In this document: in pieces, positions 52,901-63,133 of the stretch
Position numbering within the stretch: position 1 is the stretch's first letter
Layout of the letters: every line of letters starts with the position of its first letter
The notes under the pieces: generated by a model
The model's input: only the letters and a program-made list of their open reading frames with translations
Told to the model about the DNA's origin: nothing
Databases searched by the model: none
From: Squalus acanthias
Taxonomy: Eukaryota
Reading direction: 5' to 3'
Assembly (NCBI GenBank): GCA_030390025.1
Contig: CM059425.1
Location: forward strand, 172,548,001 to 172,612,000
Length of the DNA: 64,000 nucleotides
Made by a program: the position numbers and the translations under genes

Positions 52901-53923
52901 TAAAGTATGTCCATTAATTGATGCTTTTGTAGCTGCATGGAATAGGTTCTGAGGACAAGCAGCTGTAATTGGTGTCGTTGCACAAAGAGTGGCTGAAACT
53001 CTAGGTGTGTTTCTTCGAGAGGAAACCCGAGAGGAAGCACGATAGATGTTAGCCGGAACATCTTGATAGGCCCTTACGGGGGCAGTTCGGTAGGACTTAG
53101 CTTGATAAGCCCTCGTAGAGGCTCTTGATAGGCAAACCTTTGCAAAATGACCCTTTTTGTTGCAATGACTGCAAAACGCATTGCGAGCAGGGCAGAATTT
53201 CCGAGGGTGAAACTCATCACCACAAAAGAAGCATTTCTTAGATTGCCAAGAGGCTGCCACAGTGGGGTCATCATCCTCTTCATCAGTGAAGTCATCAGAT
53301 TGATCGTCAGGGATAAAGACCTCCCTAATAGAGTTCACCTGTGGCCTCTTAAATTGCCTGACTGTAGTTAAGGCAGTAGACCGAGGTCTGGGCACTGTAT
53401 AAAGGTCTGCATTTCTTTTTGCCAGATCTAGAGAGCAAGCCATGTCATAAGCTCTCTGAAGCTCAAGTGTCTTACTTTCCAGTAGACGCTGGCGTATAAA
53501 TGGGGAGGCAAGCCCGCAGATGAAAGCATCACGGATCATTTCTTCACGGTACAGCTCAGCTGAGGCCGCCTGAAAGTTACAGTCCATACTAAGTCTGCGA
53601 AGCTCTTGGAGGAATTTATCAATGGATTCCTCCGGCCCTTGTTGGGCTGTAGCTAGTAGATGTCTGGCATAGACCTCATTCGGTGTCTTAGTATATAGTC
53701 TCTTAAGCGTCCGAATTGCCTCCTCGTAACTGTCCCATTCCTCCACATACTGAAATACATTCGGGGTGACACAGTTGATGAGTATCCGCAACTTTGAGTC
53801 ATCATCAGCCTTACAATATTCAAGAAAATTGTCAAACGTGCGATACCAGTGTTTCCACACCTTACCGGCTGCTGGGGTGTTTGGGTCCAAGTCAAGACAC
53901 GATGGTTTAAGGATGTTTTCCAT
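49967..53923 (-). CDS. Gag-Pol polyprotein (Gag zinc knuckles, protease, RT, RNase H, integrase), 1318 aa
   Basis: CFFCGDEFHPRKFC/CSHCNKKGHFAKVC knuckles, LIDSGST protease, LPFGV...YLDN RT, ECDASK...EKEA RNase H, and HHCC plus IDFKGP/SDRG/VERFN integrase, in Gypsy domain order. Confidence 0.97.
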   Translation of the reverse strand: MENILKPSCLDLDPNTPAAGKVWKHWYRTFDNFLEYCKADDDSKLRILINCVTPNVFQYVEEWDSYEEAIRTLKRLYTKTPNEVYARHLLATAQQGPEESIDKFLQELRRLSMDCNFQAASAELYREEMIRDAFICGLASPFIRQRLLESKTLELQRAYDMACSLDLAKRNADLYTVPRPRSTALTTVRQFKRPQVNSIREVFIPDDQSDDFTDEEDDDPTVAASWQSKKCFFCGDEFHPRKFCPARNAFCSHCNKKGHFAKVCLSRASTRAYQAKSYRTAPVRAYQDVPANIYRASSRVSSRRNTPRVSATLCATTPITAACPQNLFHAATKASINGHTLDALIDSGSTDSFIREQIVAELKLHVFPSDQAIAMAQSSLNTRISGFCMVEITLNGHRYPSTRLSVLKDLCSDLILGLDFQKQHKKLTIEFGGSKPELTISNIRPRLPFCALSAASLDEPSLFTSIPPRCKPIITKSRRFSQEDQSFIAAEISRLLAEDIIEPCSSPWRAQVVIVKNPLQPHKKRLCIDYSQTINQYTDLDAYPLPRIDDMVNKLAEYTVFSTYDLKSAYHQVPLKVSDKQYTAFEANGRLYQFRRLPFGVTNGVAVFQRAMDDLVKQEDLKDTFPYLDNITVAGRNQREHDANLQRFWDALQHRNLTLNAAKSIESQPTINILGYCVGNGIIKPDPERLRPLQELPPPKNPASLRRALGLFAYYAKWIPNFSDRIQPLLKASTFPLDTAAVAAFNLLKKQLEKAALHSIDESLPFVVECDASKVACSATLNQEGRPVAFLSRTFQGAELHYPPVEKEATAIIEAVRKWSHLLARQHFTLITDQRSVAFMLDNRKRTKIKNNKIQLWRLELASFGYTIHYRPGKENVAPDTLSRAFCSAMAPSTLVDIHDGLCHPGVTRMLHFVRSRNLPFSTGDVKKMCSDCRVCAELKPRFFRPSGGILIHATQPMQRLSIDFKGPLPSSTRNTYLLTMVDEYSRFPFAFPCPNMLTTTVISCLEQVFAFCGMASYVHSDRGPSFMSGELKAYLSERGIAASRTTPYHPVGNGQVERFNAIIWNAVRLALRSLGLPNQQWEAVLPDALHSTRSLLSTATNTTPHERFFRFQRRSSYGISLPSWLTTPGPVLLRRYVRASKNDPLVDEVELTDVNPTYAYIRYPDGRESTVSLRDLAPCPPKHRGTPGDDIVPGTSLGSPGASHHDLDLTPAGTSLQRADLGQTDYEPVGARTRSHDPPRTVRSETDLPQPCPTPVRAPVRSPDRPDPSQSGLDHSDSGPRPAAGKRARGPLPLREPKRVRLSLVQRLRNGGSIPAS

Positions 53924-54001
53924 GATGGGTGATTCCCTGGATCCTTAGTTCCGAGTTCGTCCAAAAAGTTTGAGTGCGAAGTTTTCCAAAGTTGATTAAA
54001 T

Positions 54002-54195
54002 TGTCGTAAGAATGAGCCTTACGCGTGGTGAACTTAAAGTAAGCTTTAATCAACTAAAAAGGTGTTACATACAAAAGAGGTCTTACTCTATGCCTCTCCA
54101 GGATCCAACTGATCAGTCCAGTATTTATCCTGGACTAATCACAGGAAGTGATGCAATAAAGTTCGAGTCACAGGAAGCTGTATTGTGTTACCACA
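54002..54195 (-). repeat. 5' LTR of the Gypsy element
   Basis: Direct repeat of 49754-49947 with TG...CA ends; contains TTAGTT (initiator-like) and ATTAAA on the minus strand. Confidence 0.97.
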
Positions 54196-55015
54196 AACCA
54201 CAACTCTGTTTTCTGTCCTTCAACCAACTTCCTATTAACACTGCCAAATTCACATAAATACTGTGTACATTCATTTTATCAACATACCTCCTGTAAATCA
54301 CATCATGTTTCAATTTGTTTTAAATGCACCAATGCCTATTGGCAGCACAGTTCCAAAAATGTACATAATATTCCAAATGTGACACTGCAGACCTTGTATT
54401 TAAGAACATAAGAAATAGGAGCAGGAGTAGGTCATTCGTCCCTTCGAGCCTGCTCTACCATTCAGTAAGGTCATGGCTGATCTTTTAACTCAACTCCACC
54501 TTCCCGCACTGTCTCCATATCCCTGGATTCCCTTAATATCCAAAAATCTATTGATCACTGTCTTGAATATACTGAACATCCATGGCCCTCTGGGGTAGAG
54601 AATTCCAAACAAACATTCACAACCCTTTGAGTGAAGAAATTTCTCATCAATCCTAAAGGGCCGACCCCTTAGTCTGAGGTGGTGACTCCTAGTTCTAGAC
54701 TCCCCAGCCAGGGGGAAATATCCTCCCTGCATCTACCCTGTCAAGCCCTGTAAGAATTTTATATGTTGCAATGAGATTACCTCTCATTCTTCTAAATGCT
54801 TGGGAATATAGGCCGAGTCTACTCAATCTCTCCTCATAGGACAAGCCCCATCCCAGGAATCAGTCTGGTGAACCTTCGTTGCACTCCCTCTATGGGAAGT
54901 ATATCCTTCCTTAGATAAGGAGATCAAAACTGTACACAATACTCCAGGTGTGGTCTCACCAGGGCCCTATATAATTGCAGCAAGACATCTTTACTCTTAT
55001 ACTCAAATACTCTTG

Positions 55016-55199
55016 ATGTGGAGATGCTGGTGTTGGACGGGGGTGGACAAATGTGAGAAGTCGCACAACACCAGGTTATAGTCCAACAGCTTTATTTGAA
55101 ATCACAAGCTTTCGGAGCGCTGCTCCTTCGTCAGGTGAAGACTTGTGATTTCAAATAAAGCTGTTGGACTATAACCTGGTGTTGTGCGACTTCTCACAA
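55016..55199 (-). mobile_element. Short Penelope-derived fold-back element
   Basis: Same terminal sequence family as the 30.5-kb element, about 57-bp inverted arms, 13-bp TSD tcaaatactcttg (55003-55015, 55200-55212). Confidence 0.88.
55103..55137 (-). ncRNA. Minimal type I hammerhead ribozyme motif
   Basis: Minus strand reads CAC-CUGACGA-A-GGAGC-AGC-GCUCC-GAAA-GC-UU-GUG: intact CUGANGA/GAAA core, stem II hairpin and palindromic stem III, the form known from Penelope pseudo-LTRs. Confidence 0.8.
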
Positions 55200-55694
55200 T
55201 CAAATACTCTTGTAATAAAGGCCAACATACCATTTGCTTTCCTAATTGTTTGCTGTACCTGCATGTTAATTTTCAGTGATTTGTGTACAAGGACACCCAG
55301 GTCCCTCTGAATATCAACATTTACCAATCTTTCACCTTTTAAAAAATATTCTGATTTTCTATTTTTCCTACCAAAGTGGATAACTTCACATTTCTCCACA
55401 TTATATTCCATCTGCCATGTTCTTGCCCACTCACTTAACCTGTCTATATCCCTTTGCAGCCTCTTTGCCTCCTCCTCACAACTTACTTACCCACCTAGCT
55501 TTGTATTGTCAGCAAACTTGGATATATTACACTCGGTCCCCTCATCTAAGTAATTGATACAGATTGTGAATAGCTGAGGCCCAAGCACTGATCCTTGCGG
55601 TACTCCACTAGTTACAGCCTGCCAACCCGAAAATGACCCATTTATTCCTACTCTCTGTTTTCTGTCCATTAACAAATCCTCAATCCATGCTAAT

Positions 55695-56440
55695 GGGCCA
55701 GAAATTCGGCTCTCCACGGGTGAGTACGCGCTGTGTACTCACCCGTAAGGCCACCTGAAGTGCCGGTTTCCTGCATGCACTGCAAACCGGAACTTCCGTT
55801 CCCCTGAAGGGAGGGGTTCAGAAGTCGAACGCGTGCGCGGGAGAGGCAGCGCGCATGCAGCGAACTTCGTTTTTTTTTCAGGTTTCTCCAGGAAGGTAAG
55901 TATGGAGAAGCTGCACTTTTAAAAAGAGGCGCAAGGCCTGTTTTTAACAAGTGGTTAATTAAGTACAATTTAAATATTTTTTCAACAGGTTTATCTTTTT
56001 TACATACTTTAAAGAAAGGTAAGTTTATTTTTAGCACCATTAAAAAGTGTAATTAATTTTTTCAAAAATTTAAATTTTTGTTTAAAGTAGTTAATTTATG
56101 TAATTTATAGTTAGTTTAAAAATGTGATGGTTTTTTAAAAATGTATTTGAAGTTTTAGTGTGGTTTTGGGGCCGATCTCTATTCATAGATTTGACAGGTC
56201 TTCCTGTCAAATCTATGAATGAAAATTCCCTGCTACGATTGGCTCTCCATGGCCCACGCGATCCCAGGGGACGCTTCGAACTAACTGCGCCCCTGGGATA
56301 CACAAGCACTGCGCGCCAGCAGCTGCAGGAGGCCCAGGACCCGAATTCTCGTGGGCCCGAAGCACAACGGCAGGCGCGGTAGGTAAGTACGCGCGCGATG
56401 CTTGCACCCGCAGGAAGCTGGAAAACCGAATTTCTGGCCC
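55695..56440. mobile_element. PIF/Harbinger-type MITE
   Basis: TIRs gggccagaaattcgg / ccgaatttctggccc, TSD aat/att; interrupts a CR1. Confidence 0.85.
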
Positions 56441-57239
56441 ATTATATTACCCCTAATCCCAGGAGCCCTAATTTTGTGTAATAATCTCTTGTGTGGCACA
56501 TTATCGAATACTTTCTGAAAATCCAAATACAATACATCCACTGGTTCCCCCTTATCTACCCTGCTAGTTACAACCTCAAAAAACTGATTTGTCAAACACA
56601 ATTTCCCTTTCAGAAATTAGTGTTGACTCTGCGCAATCATATTATGATTTTCTAAGTGCCCTGTTACCATGTCCCTAACAACAGATTCTAGCATTTTCCC
56701 TACTACTGCTGATGTTAGGTCAACTAGTCTATAGTTCTCTGTTATTTCTCTCCCTCTTTCCTTGAGTAGCGGGGTTACATTTACTACCTTGCAATCTGCG
56801 GGGACCGTTCTAGAATCCAGGGAATTCTGGAAGATCAAAACCAATGCATCCATTATCTCTGTAGCCATCTATTTTAAAACCCTAGAATGTAAGCCATCAG
56901 GTCCAGGGGATTTGTCAGCTTTTAGTCCCAGTAATTTCTCCAGTACTACTTCTTTACCAATAGTACTTTCTTTAAGTTCCTCATTCTCACTAGACCCTTG
57001 GTTCCCCACTATTTTCAGAATGTTTTTTGTGTCTTCTTCCGTGAGGACAGATACAAAGTATGGGTTTAATGTCTCTGTCATTTTATTATTCCCAAGTTAT
57101 AATTTCTCCTGTCTGTCTGTAAGGGTCCCACGTTTACGCTTGCTAATTTCTTCCGTTTTACCAATCTATAGAAGCTTTTATAATCTGCTATTATGTCTTT
57201 CACTAGTTTACTCCCATATTCTATTTTCTTTCTTTATCT

Positions 57240-57735
57240 GCCTGGATGAGTGCAGCTCCAACAACACTCAAGAAGCGCGACACCATCCAAGTCACAGCAG
57301 CCCACTTGATTGGCACCCCATCCACCACCTTAAACATTCACTCACTCCACCACCAGCATACCGTGGCTGTAGTGTGTACCATCTACAAGATGCACTGCAG
57401 CAACTCGCCAAGGCTTCTTCGGCAGCACCTCCCAAACCCACGACCTCTACCACCTAGAAGGACAAGGGCAGCAGGTGCATGGGAAGACCACCACCTCCAT
57501 GTTCCCCTCCAAGTCACAGACCATCCTGACTTGGAAGTATATCGCCATTCCTTCATCGTTGCTGGGTCAAAATCCTGGAACTCCCTCCCTAACAGCATTG
57601 TGGGAGTACCTTCACCACACGGATTGCAGCGGTTCAAGAACGCAGCTCACCACCACCTTCTCAAGCACAACTAGGGATGGGCAATAAATGCTGGCCTCGT
57701 CAGCGACGCCCACATCCCATGATCGAATAAAAATC
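57240..57735 (+). mobile_element. CR1-group LINE 3' fragment (second family)
   Basis: ORF 57246-57674 (HSLHHQHTVA...SFIVAGSKSWNSLP) and an A-rich tail. Confidence 0.85.
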
Positions 57736-60108
57736 AATTTCTTGGTCCTTCTTTGCTGAATTCTAAAATCCTCCCAATCCTCAGGCTTACTACTCTTTTT
57801 GGCCACATTATAAGCCTCTTCCTTTAATCTACTACTACTTTTCCCCCAGAATTTTTAATTCCTTAAGGGAATATATATTAATGGTGAATTATGGATTCTT
57901 TCTTTAAATTTTTGCAATTGCTTATCTATCGTCATGTCTTTTAATCTCGTTTCCCAACCTACCTTAGCCAACTTGCCTCTCATACCCATGTAGTTTGCTT
58001 TGTTAGATTTAAGACCCTAGTTTCAGACTTAACTGAATCACTCTCAAACTGAACATAAAACTATCACATTATGGTCACTGCTCCCCAAAGGCTCTTTTAC
58101 TACAATTTTATTAATTAACCCTGTCGCATTGCACAATATTAGATCTAAAATAGCCTGTTCCCTAGTTGGTTCCTTGGAATACTGATCGAGAAAACTATCT
58201 TGAATGGATTCCATGAACTCGTCCTCTGCACTGTTGCTGCAAATTTGGCATGCCCAGTCTATGAAAATTAAAATCCCCCATTATTATTATATTACCCTTG
58301 TTACATGCATCTCTAATTTCCTGATTTATACTGTTCCCAACACTACAATTACTGTTGGGGTGGGGGGGTGGGGGCTGTGAATTACTCCCACCAGTGTTTT
58401 CTGCTGCTTGTTGTTTCTTAGCTCCACCCAAAGTGATTCTACATCTTGTTTTTCCAAGCTAAGATCCTTTCGCTCTACTGTCTTTATCCCATCCTTTATT
58501 ATCAGGGCTACCCCACCCCACCCACCCACCCACTCCATTCTTCATTTCTCTTCTAAAAGTCAAGTATCCTGGAATATTTAGTTCCCAATCTTGGTCACTT
58601 CGCAACCATGTCGCTTTGCAATGGCTATTAGTTCAAACTCATTTATTTCTCTGTGCTATTAATTAATCTATTTTGTTGTGAATGCTTCACGTATTCAGAT
58701 ACAGTGCCTTTAGCTTTAACTTTTTTCTATTTTTCCCCTGATGTCACCAATGTCCTATTATCTTTGTTAAGCTCTCTGTCCCTTCATGACCCACTCTACT
58801 GCTTACTTGTATACACCTTTGAGCCAAACCAAAGCTACAAGTGCTGACTCAGCTTCTTGCTCACAGTAATTAGTAACTATTCAGATAAACATTTACAGCT
58901 GATTGACAGTTAATTGCCACTGACAGGTAGTTTCTGTTAACCACAGTTTATTTTACAGTTTTTAAAGTTCTAAGTTAAATTCAAAATGTTAAATTTCAGT
59001 TTTTATACCTAGTACTTGAGACATCCACTCTCTCCAAATTCCCAACACTCTAAGTGCACTTCGTTTAAGACCACTCTTGCATTGTAGTCAAATACCACTG
59101 AATACTACTAGATTAAAATTGCAAGTAGCTTCAAATTGACAGGAAGTGTTCATTGAATAATTTATAATTACCCCAAATCGTTTTCCACCATTTATAATGG
59201 CAAGCCTACATTCCATGTCGTATGCATTACCTCATCAAAATTTATCTGCAATTTCTTAACCCACCCAGTTCAAGGGATGAAAAACAGAATGCATACGTTG
59301 TAACAAAATGGCTGGCAGTGATTTACAGGGTAGCAATTTAATGACCTGGCAATCCACAAGAAACTAATTATTGCCTTGACTGTATCTGTTACCTATGCAA
59401 TCTACAAGTGTTATCCTTTTCTTATGGTTACACAGCAGATATACTACAGTAGTGTAGAATCAGCGCCACATAGGTGAAACAGTAATGATGCTAGGATACA
59501 AAATTACATTACATTATAATGTATTATTTATTTTCAAACATGCAGGATGTTCATTAAATACATTTCTCCCAAAATGATCAAGACCCATCAGTGCTGGGAT
59601 ATAGAACAGTTCTTTATTTTAGGCGCCCAGTGTCAGCACTGAGTAAACATCCCTCTTCTTGACCCCAACTTGCCTGCTTTAAATTCCAACCTTTACTGTA
59701 CCACTGTAAATGTTCAGTTTCTCAACATAGGCACTCGCAATGTATTCATTTTAAAGTCCAATAAAGGTAATCCTCTATCATGAGCATCTGTTTCTGGCAA
59801 TCACAATTAGGCTATATACTATTTCTTGTATGTAAAATGTCTGCCAAGTGGAGAAAAATTCATTTTACTTTTCTGCGAAAAGCAACACTAAAGCAAGGGA
59901 AAACTAGACATTCCTTTATACTATTCAAAGTCTGTCAGGAAGATAATGTTTTCAAAGAGTTAAAAAGCAGAGATCAGAAATAGCAACAACTTAGTCACTT
60001 GCTCAGGCTAAAATAGCTAAAGTTATGAACTCTAGTTGGTTAACTGTATATTTTAAAACAGAACAATGGCAGAAAACAATAGTGGTATTGATGTTCTCCA
60101 CCTTACTA

Positions 60109-60399
60109 CAGGTTGAGCGTCCCGAATCCGGCAACCTTGGGACCGAGGCCAAGCCGGTTTTCGGAACGTATTTCTGATGTCCAAAAACACCCAGCCCAGG
60201 TTGTGATATTTTCGGACTTCGGACATCAGAAACACGTGCCGAGTCCGGAAATGCCTGGGCCCAGGTTGCGCTTTTGGTAAGCCTCCCTCAGGGTGTCCGG
60301 ATTCCGGAACATTTTACGGATTCCGGACCCCTGCCACCAATCGCCCCGGAGTCCGGATTCCAGAACATTCCGGAACTCCGATTTGGGACGCTCAACCTG
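60109..60399. mobile_element. Tc1/mariner (Tigger-type) MITE
   Basis: TIRs caggttgagcgtccc / gggacgctcaacctg, TA TSD, repeated internal tccgga motifs. Confidence 0.9.
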
Positions 60400-62134
60400 T
60401 AGAACAATTCATGGAGGGAAAAATCCCACTAGTATTGATGCTAGTACCTGAAGCATCTTAAATTTGAGAACATCCACTCTGATTACTTCATCCAAAGTGC
60501 ATTATTAAATTCATGGAATATTCAAATAAATCTGGGTAGACTTATAGTATAAAGTTTACCTGTAAGCAAATCAGTACCACTTTTTTCACACTCCTAAAAA
60601 TTATAGGTTTAATATTTGACAAACTAATTAAAATGTTTTAGCACAGGACTTGCAGTGAAAAAGTAGTTTGAAAAAAAATAGCTGCAACTTGGATTGCTAA
60701 TGGTGTTATAAATTGTATTATAGTCCCCCCAAACTCTAGACATCTTCAGGACACAAAATAATAATGAATCACGAGTGATGTGTAAGCACGCCACCATCTT
60801 GAAACAGGCCAGGATCTCAATTAATTCTAGTTTCAGGTCAATGCCCTGAGGTAGGTTCATAAATATTCAATTAAACAATTTAAGCAGAAAATTAGACAGC
60901 ATAGAGCAGATCTCCAGTACAAACAAAATATATTAATAAAAGCATTAAACTTAAAACAATTAAGTTAAATGCAGATGCCTCATATAGCTTTCCGCATGAA
61001 AGGAGAATTATACCAGGGAACACACAATACATTATTCGAGTAGGGAAGTAGGGGAGAGTTTTGGTCCCGATAGCCACAAGTAATGTTTGTCTGCTGCTAA
61101 GGTGGAGCTGCATTTAACCAAATCTGTCCTATTAAAGCCACAAAGCTTAACTAGAACAGAGCAGAAATTTAACTTCATACCTACTCTTGGGAGGGAACTG
61201 CTGTACAAAAAGGCCAATTTGACACTAGACATGAATGTAGCACCTTATCACATCCTCAAGGCATCCCTGAATGATTCAAAACCAATGAACTACTTTTTGA
61301 AGTGCAGTCACTGTTATGTTGGCAAACATGACAGCCAATGAGCATAAAGCAAAAGATCCCCCCTTCCCCCCAAGGAAGCACAGCTCGGACTATAAAAACC
61401 TTTAAAAAACTCAAACATTTACCTCCTAAATACTTTTTCAAAATAAAAGAGCTGATTTAAACATAGAGAATATGGACATATCCACTTGCATTCTCAAAAC
61501 ATTTAAAATGCAACAGCTAGAGCAGTGTTGCACAACTCCTTGCCAGAAAATTTAAATCAAAGCCAAGTAATACATACAAAGCACCACCTGGCTAGAAGTT
61601 TTACTTTTAAGTACCATTTCAGACCAATGCGTACAATACAAATGCATCCCAAGTTATCAGCACAGTGACTTTAGCAAGAGGTCAGTTTGGCCCTGATGTC
61701 TTAAGTATAATGCCAAAACACACTTGGTGTGATAACCTTAACATGCCCTTTACCTTAGAGACCAACCCCACTTCTAGCTATGCCAAGAATAGCTCAACAG
61801 AAAATTTGCAAAACCGCCCCTCAGATTCCCTTTTCCCTGTTTGGGTAACGTCCCCTCAACCTCTCTGGATTGGGGTACTACGCAAAACTAAAAGCTGCTG
61901 TTAATGGAAATCGCGTTACTAACACAGCGGTCGTGTCCATATTTCCACTCTCAGTATTACAGATTACGCAGGTCACAAGCTGCCTGTGCTCATCTAAAAT
62001 ACGTACAGAAATAGAAGGCGATATTTCCCCCCGACTCAGGCTTTAAGTTGCGCGACACATCCCCTAGGCCCGGCCACTGACAGGATTCCAGAGGCTGGGA
62101 ACAGACCAGGAACAAGTCAGATTTCTCGACTCAC

Positions 62135-62300
62135 GAGCCTGTGACAGTGGCTCATGCTGTGGTTGTTGCGGCTGATTTGGCGGCCTGGAGCAGGCATTCA
62201 GTGGCAGTTACGGTGGACGGCCGGTTACTCTCCCTGCCCTGTCTCCTCCTCCCTCACTCACTCACTCACCTCCGAGCAGCGTCACCCCCACAGCAAAAAA
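62135..62300 (-). other. PJA2: Putative first (5' UTR) exon of PJA2
   Basis: Locally CpG-rich stretch ending in a consensus donor CTC|GTGAGT (plus strand actcac at 62129-62134), upstream of and on the same strand as the PJA2 coding exons. The TSS end is approximate. Confidence 0.6.
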
Positions 62301-62400
62301 ACACCGCGCGGCCCGCAATAAATAAACACGTCACTGAGGAGCTGCCAGCCAATCAGCGCCCACACAGTAACTGACCGGGAGAGGAGGAGGGCCGTAGGAG
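62290..62400 (-). promoter_or_regulatory. Putative PJA2 promoter
   Basis: CpG-enriched, with a CCAAT box (62349-62353) and a CRE/ATF-like TGACGTG (62327-62333, minus) next to the putative first exon. Confidence 0.5.
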
Positions 62401-62810
62401 AGGGAATTAGGAGGCAGTGGGAGAGGAGGGGGAATTAGGGGGCAAGAGGAGAGGAGGGGTAAGAGGAGAGGAGGGGCAATTAGGGGACAAAAGGAGAGGG
62501 GGGTAATAGGGGAAGGCCAAGGAGAGGCAGAAGGGCAATGAAGAGGACAATAAATGAGCAATAGAGTAGAAGCGGCAGAGGGCAAGCAATAGAAGACAAG
62601 GTAGGGAAATGAGTGGATGGCAGGAGAGAAACTCGCAATAGGAACAATTAAGTTAGGCAATAGGAGAGAAGGAAGGGTAAAGAGGGGTAGTCGGAGAGAA
62701 GAGCGACAATACAGGAAGAGAGGCAATAGGAGCAAGGGAGGAGGTGAGGTGAGAAGAGAAGCACAGGGATGGAAAGGGCTGGAGAGTACAGTGAGAGGGA
62801 GGGAGTGAAT
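62385..62810 (+). repeat. Purine-rich (GA) low-complexity tract
   Basis: Strongly strand-biased A/G sequence directly upstream of the putative promoter. Confidence 0.8.
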
Positions 62811-63133
62811 GTTTTTAAAGGTGATGGATGGGGTGCCAATCAAGCGGGCTGCTTTGTCTTGGATGGTGTCGAGCTTCTTGAATGTTGTTGGAGCTGCACT
62901 CATCCAGGCGAGTGGAGAGACACTCGCTGCAGAATACCCAGCCTCTGACCTGTTCTTGTTGCCATAGTATTTGTGTGGTTCCTCTAGGGAGTACAGCCAG
63001 AGCCAAGTCCATGGCACAGCTGTACGGGGGGTGTGGGGGGAGATCGGGAAAGCAATAGTGGTAGGGGCTTCGGTAGTTAGGGGAACAGACAGGCATTTTT
63101 GCGGCTGCAGACATGATTCCAGGATGGTATACG

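Larger units (their letters stand above)
49754..54195 (-). mobile_element. Full-length Ty3/Gypsy LTR retrotransposon (Mag-like)
   Basis: Two 194-bp TG...CA LTRs (49754-49947, 54002-54195) with one visible mismatch, 5-bp TSD aacca (49749-49753, 54196-54200), polypurine tract next to the 3' LTR (49948-49960) and an intact gag-pol ORF. Confidence 0.97.
54400..58800 (-). mobile_element. Long CR1 LINE (endonuclease to 3' UTR) with three nested insertions
   Basis: EN motifs (GGVALIIK, ESLWVEL, IMGDFN), RT motifs and a tail at about 54400; split by 55016-55199, 55695-56440 and 57240-57735. Confidence 0.9.

Noticed and set aside
60109..60399. CRISPR-like array from the repeated tccgga/ttccgg motifs
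   Set aside because: Irregular spacing, no constant repeat-spacer units, bounded by TIRs and a TA TSD, and the context is eukaryotic.
62331..63017. 228-aa Leu/Pro-rich ORF
   Set aside because: Artefact of the pyrimidine-rich strand of a low-complexity tract joined to a LINE fragment.
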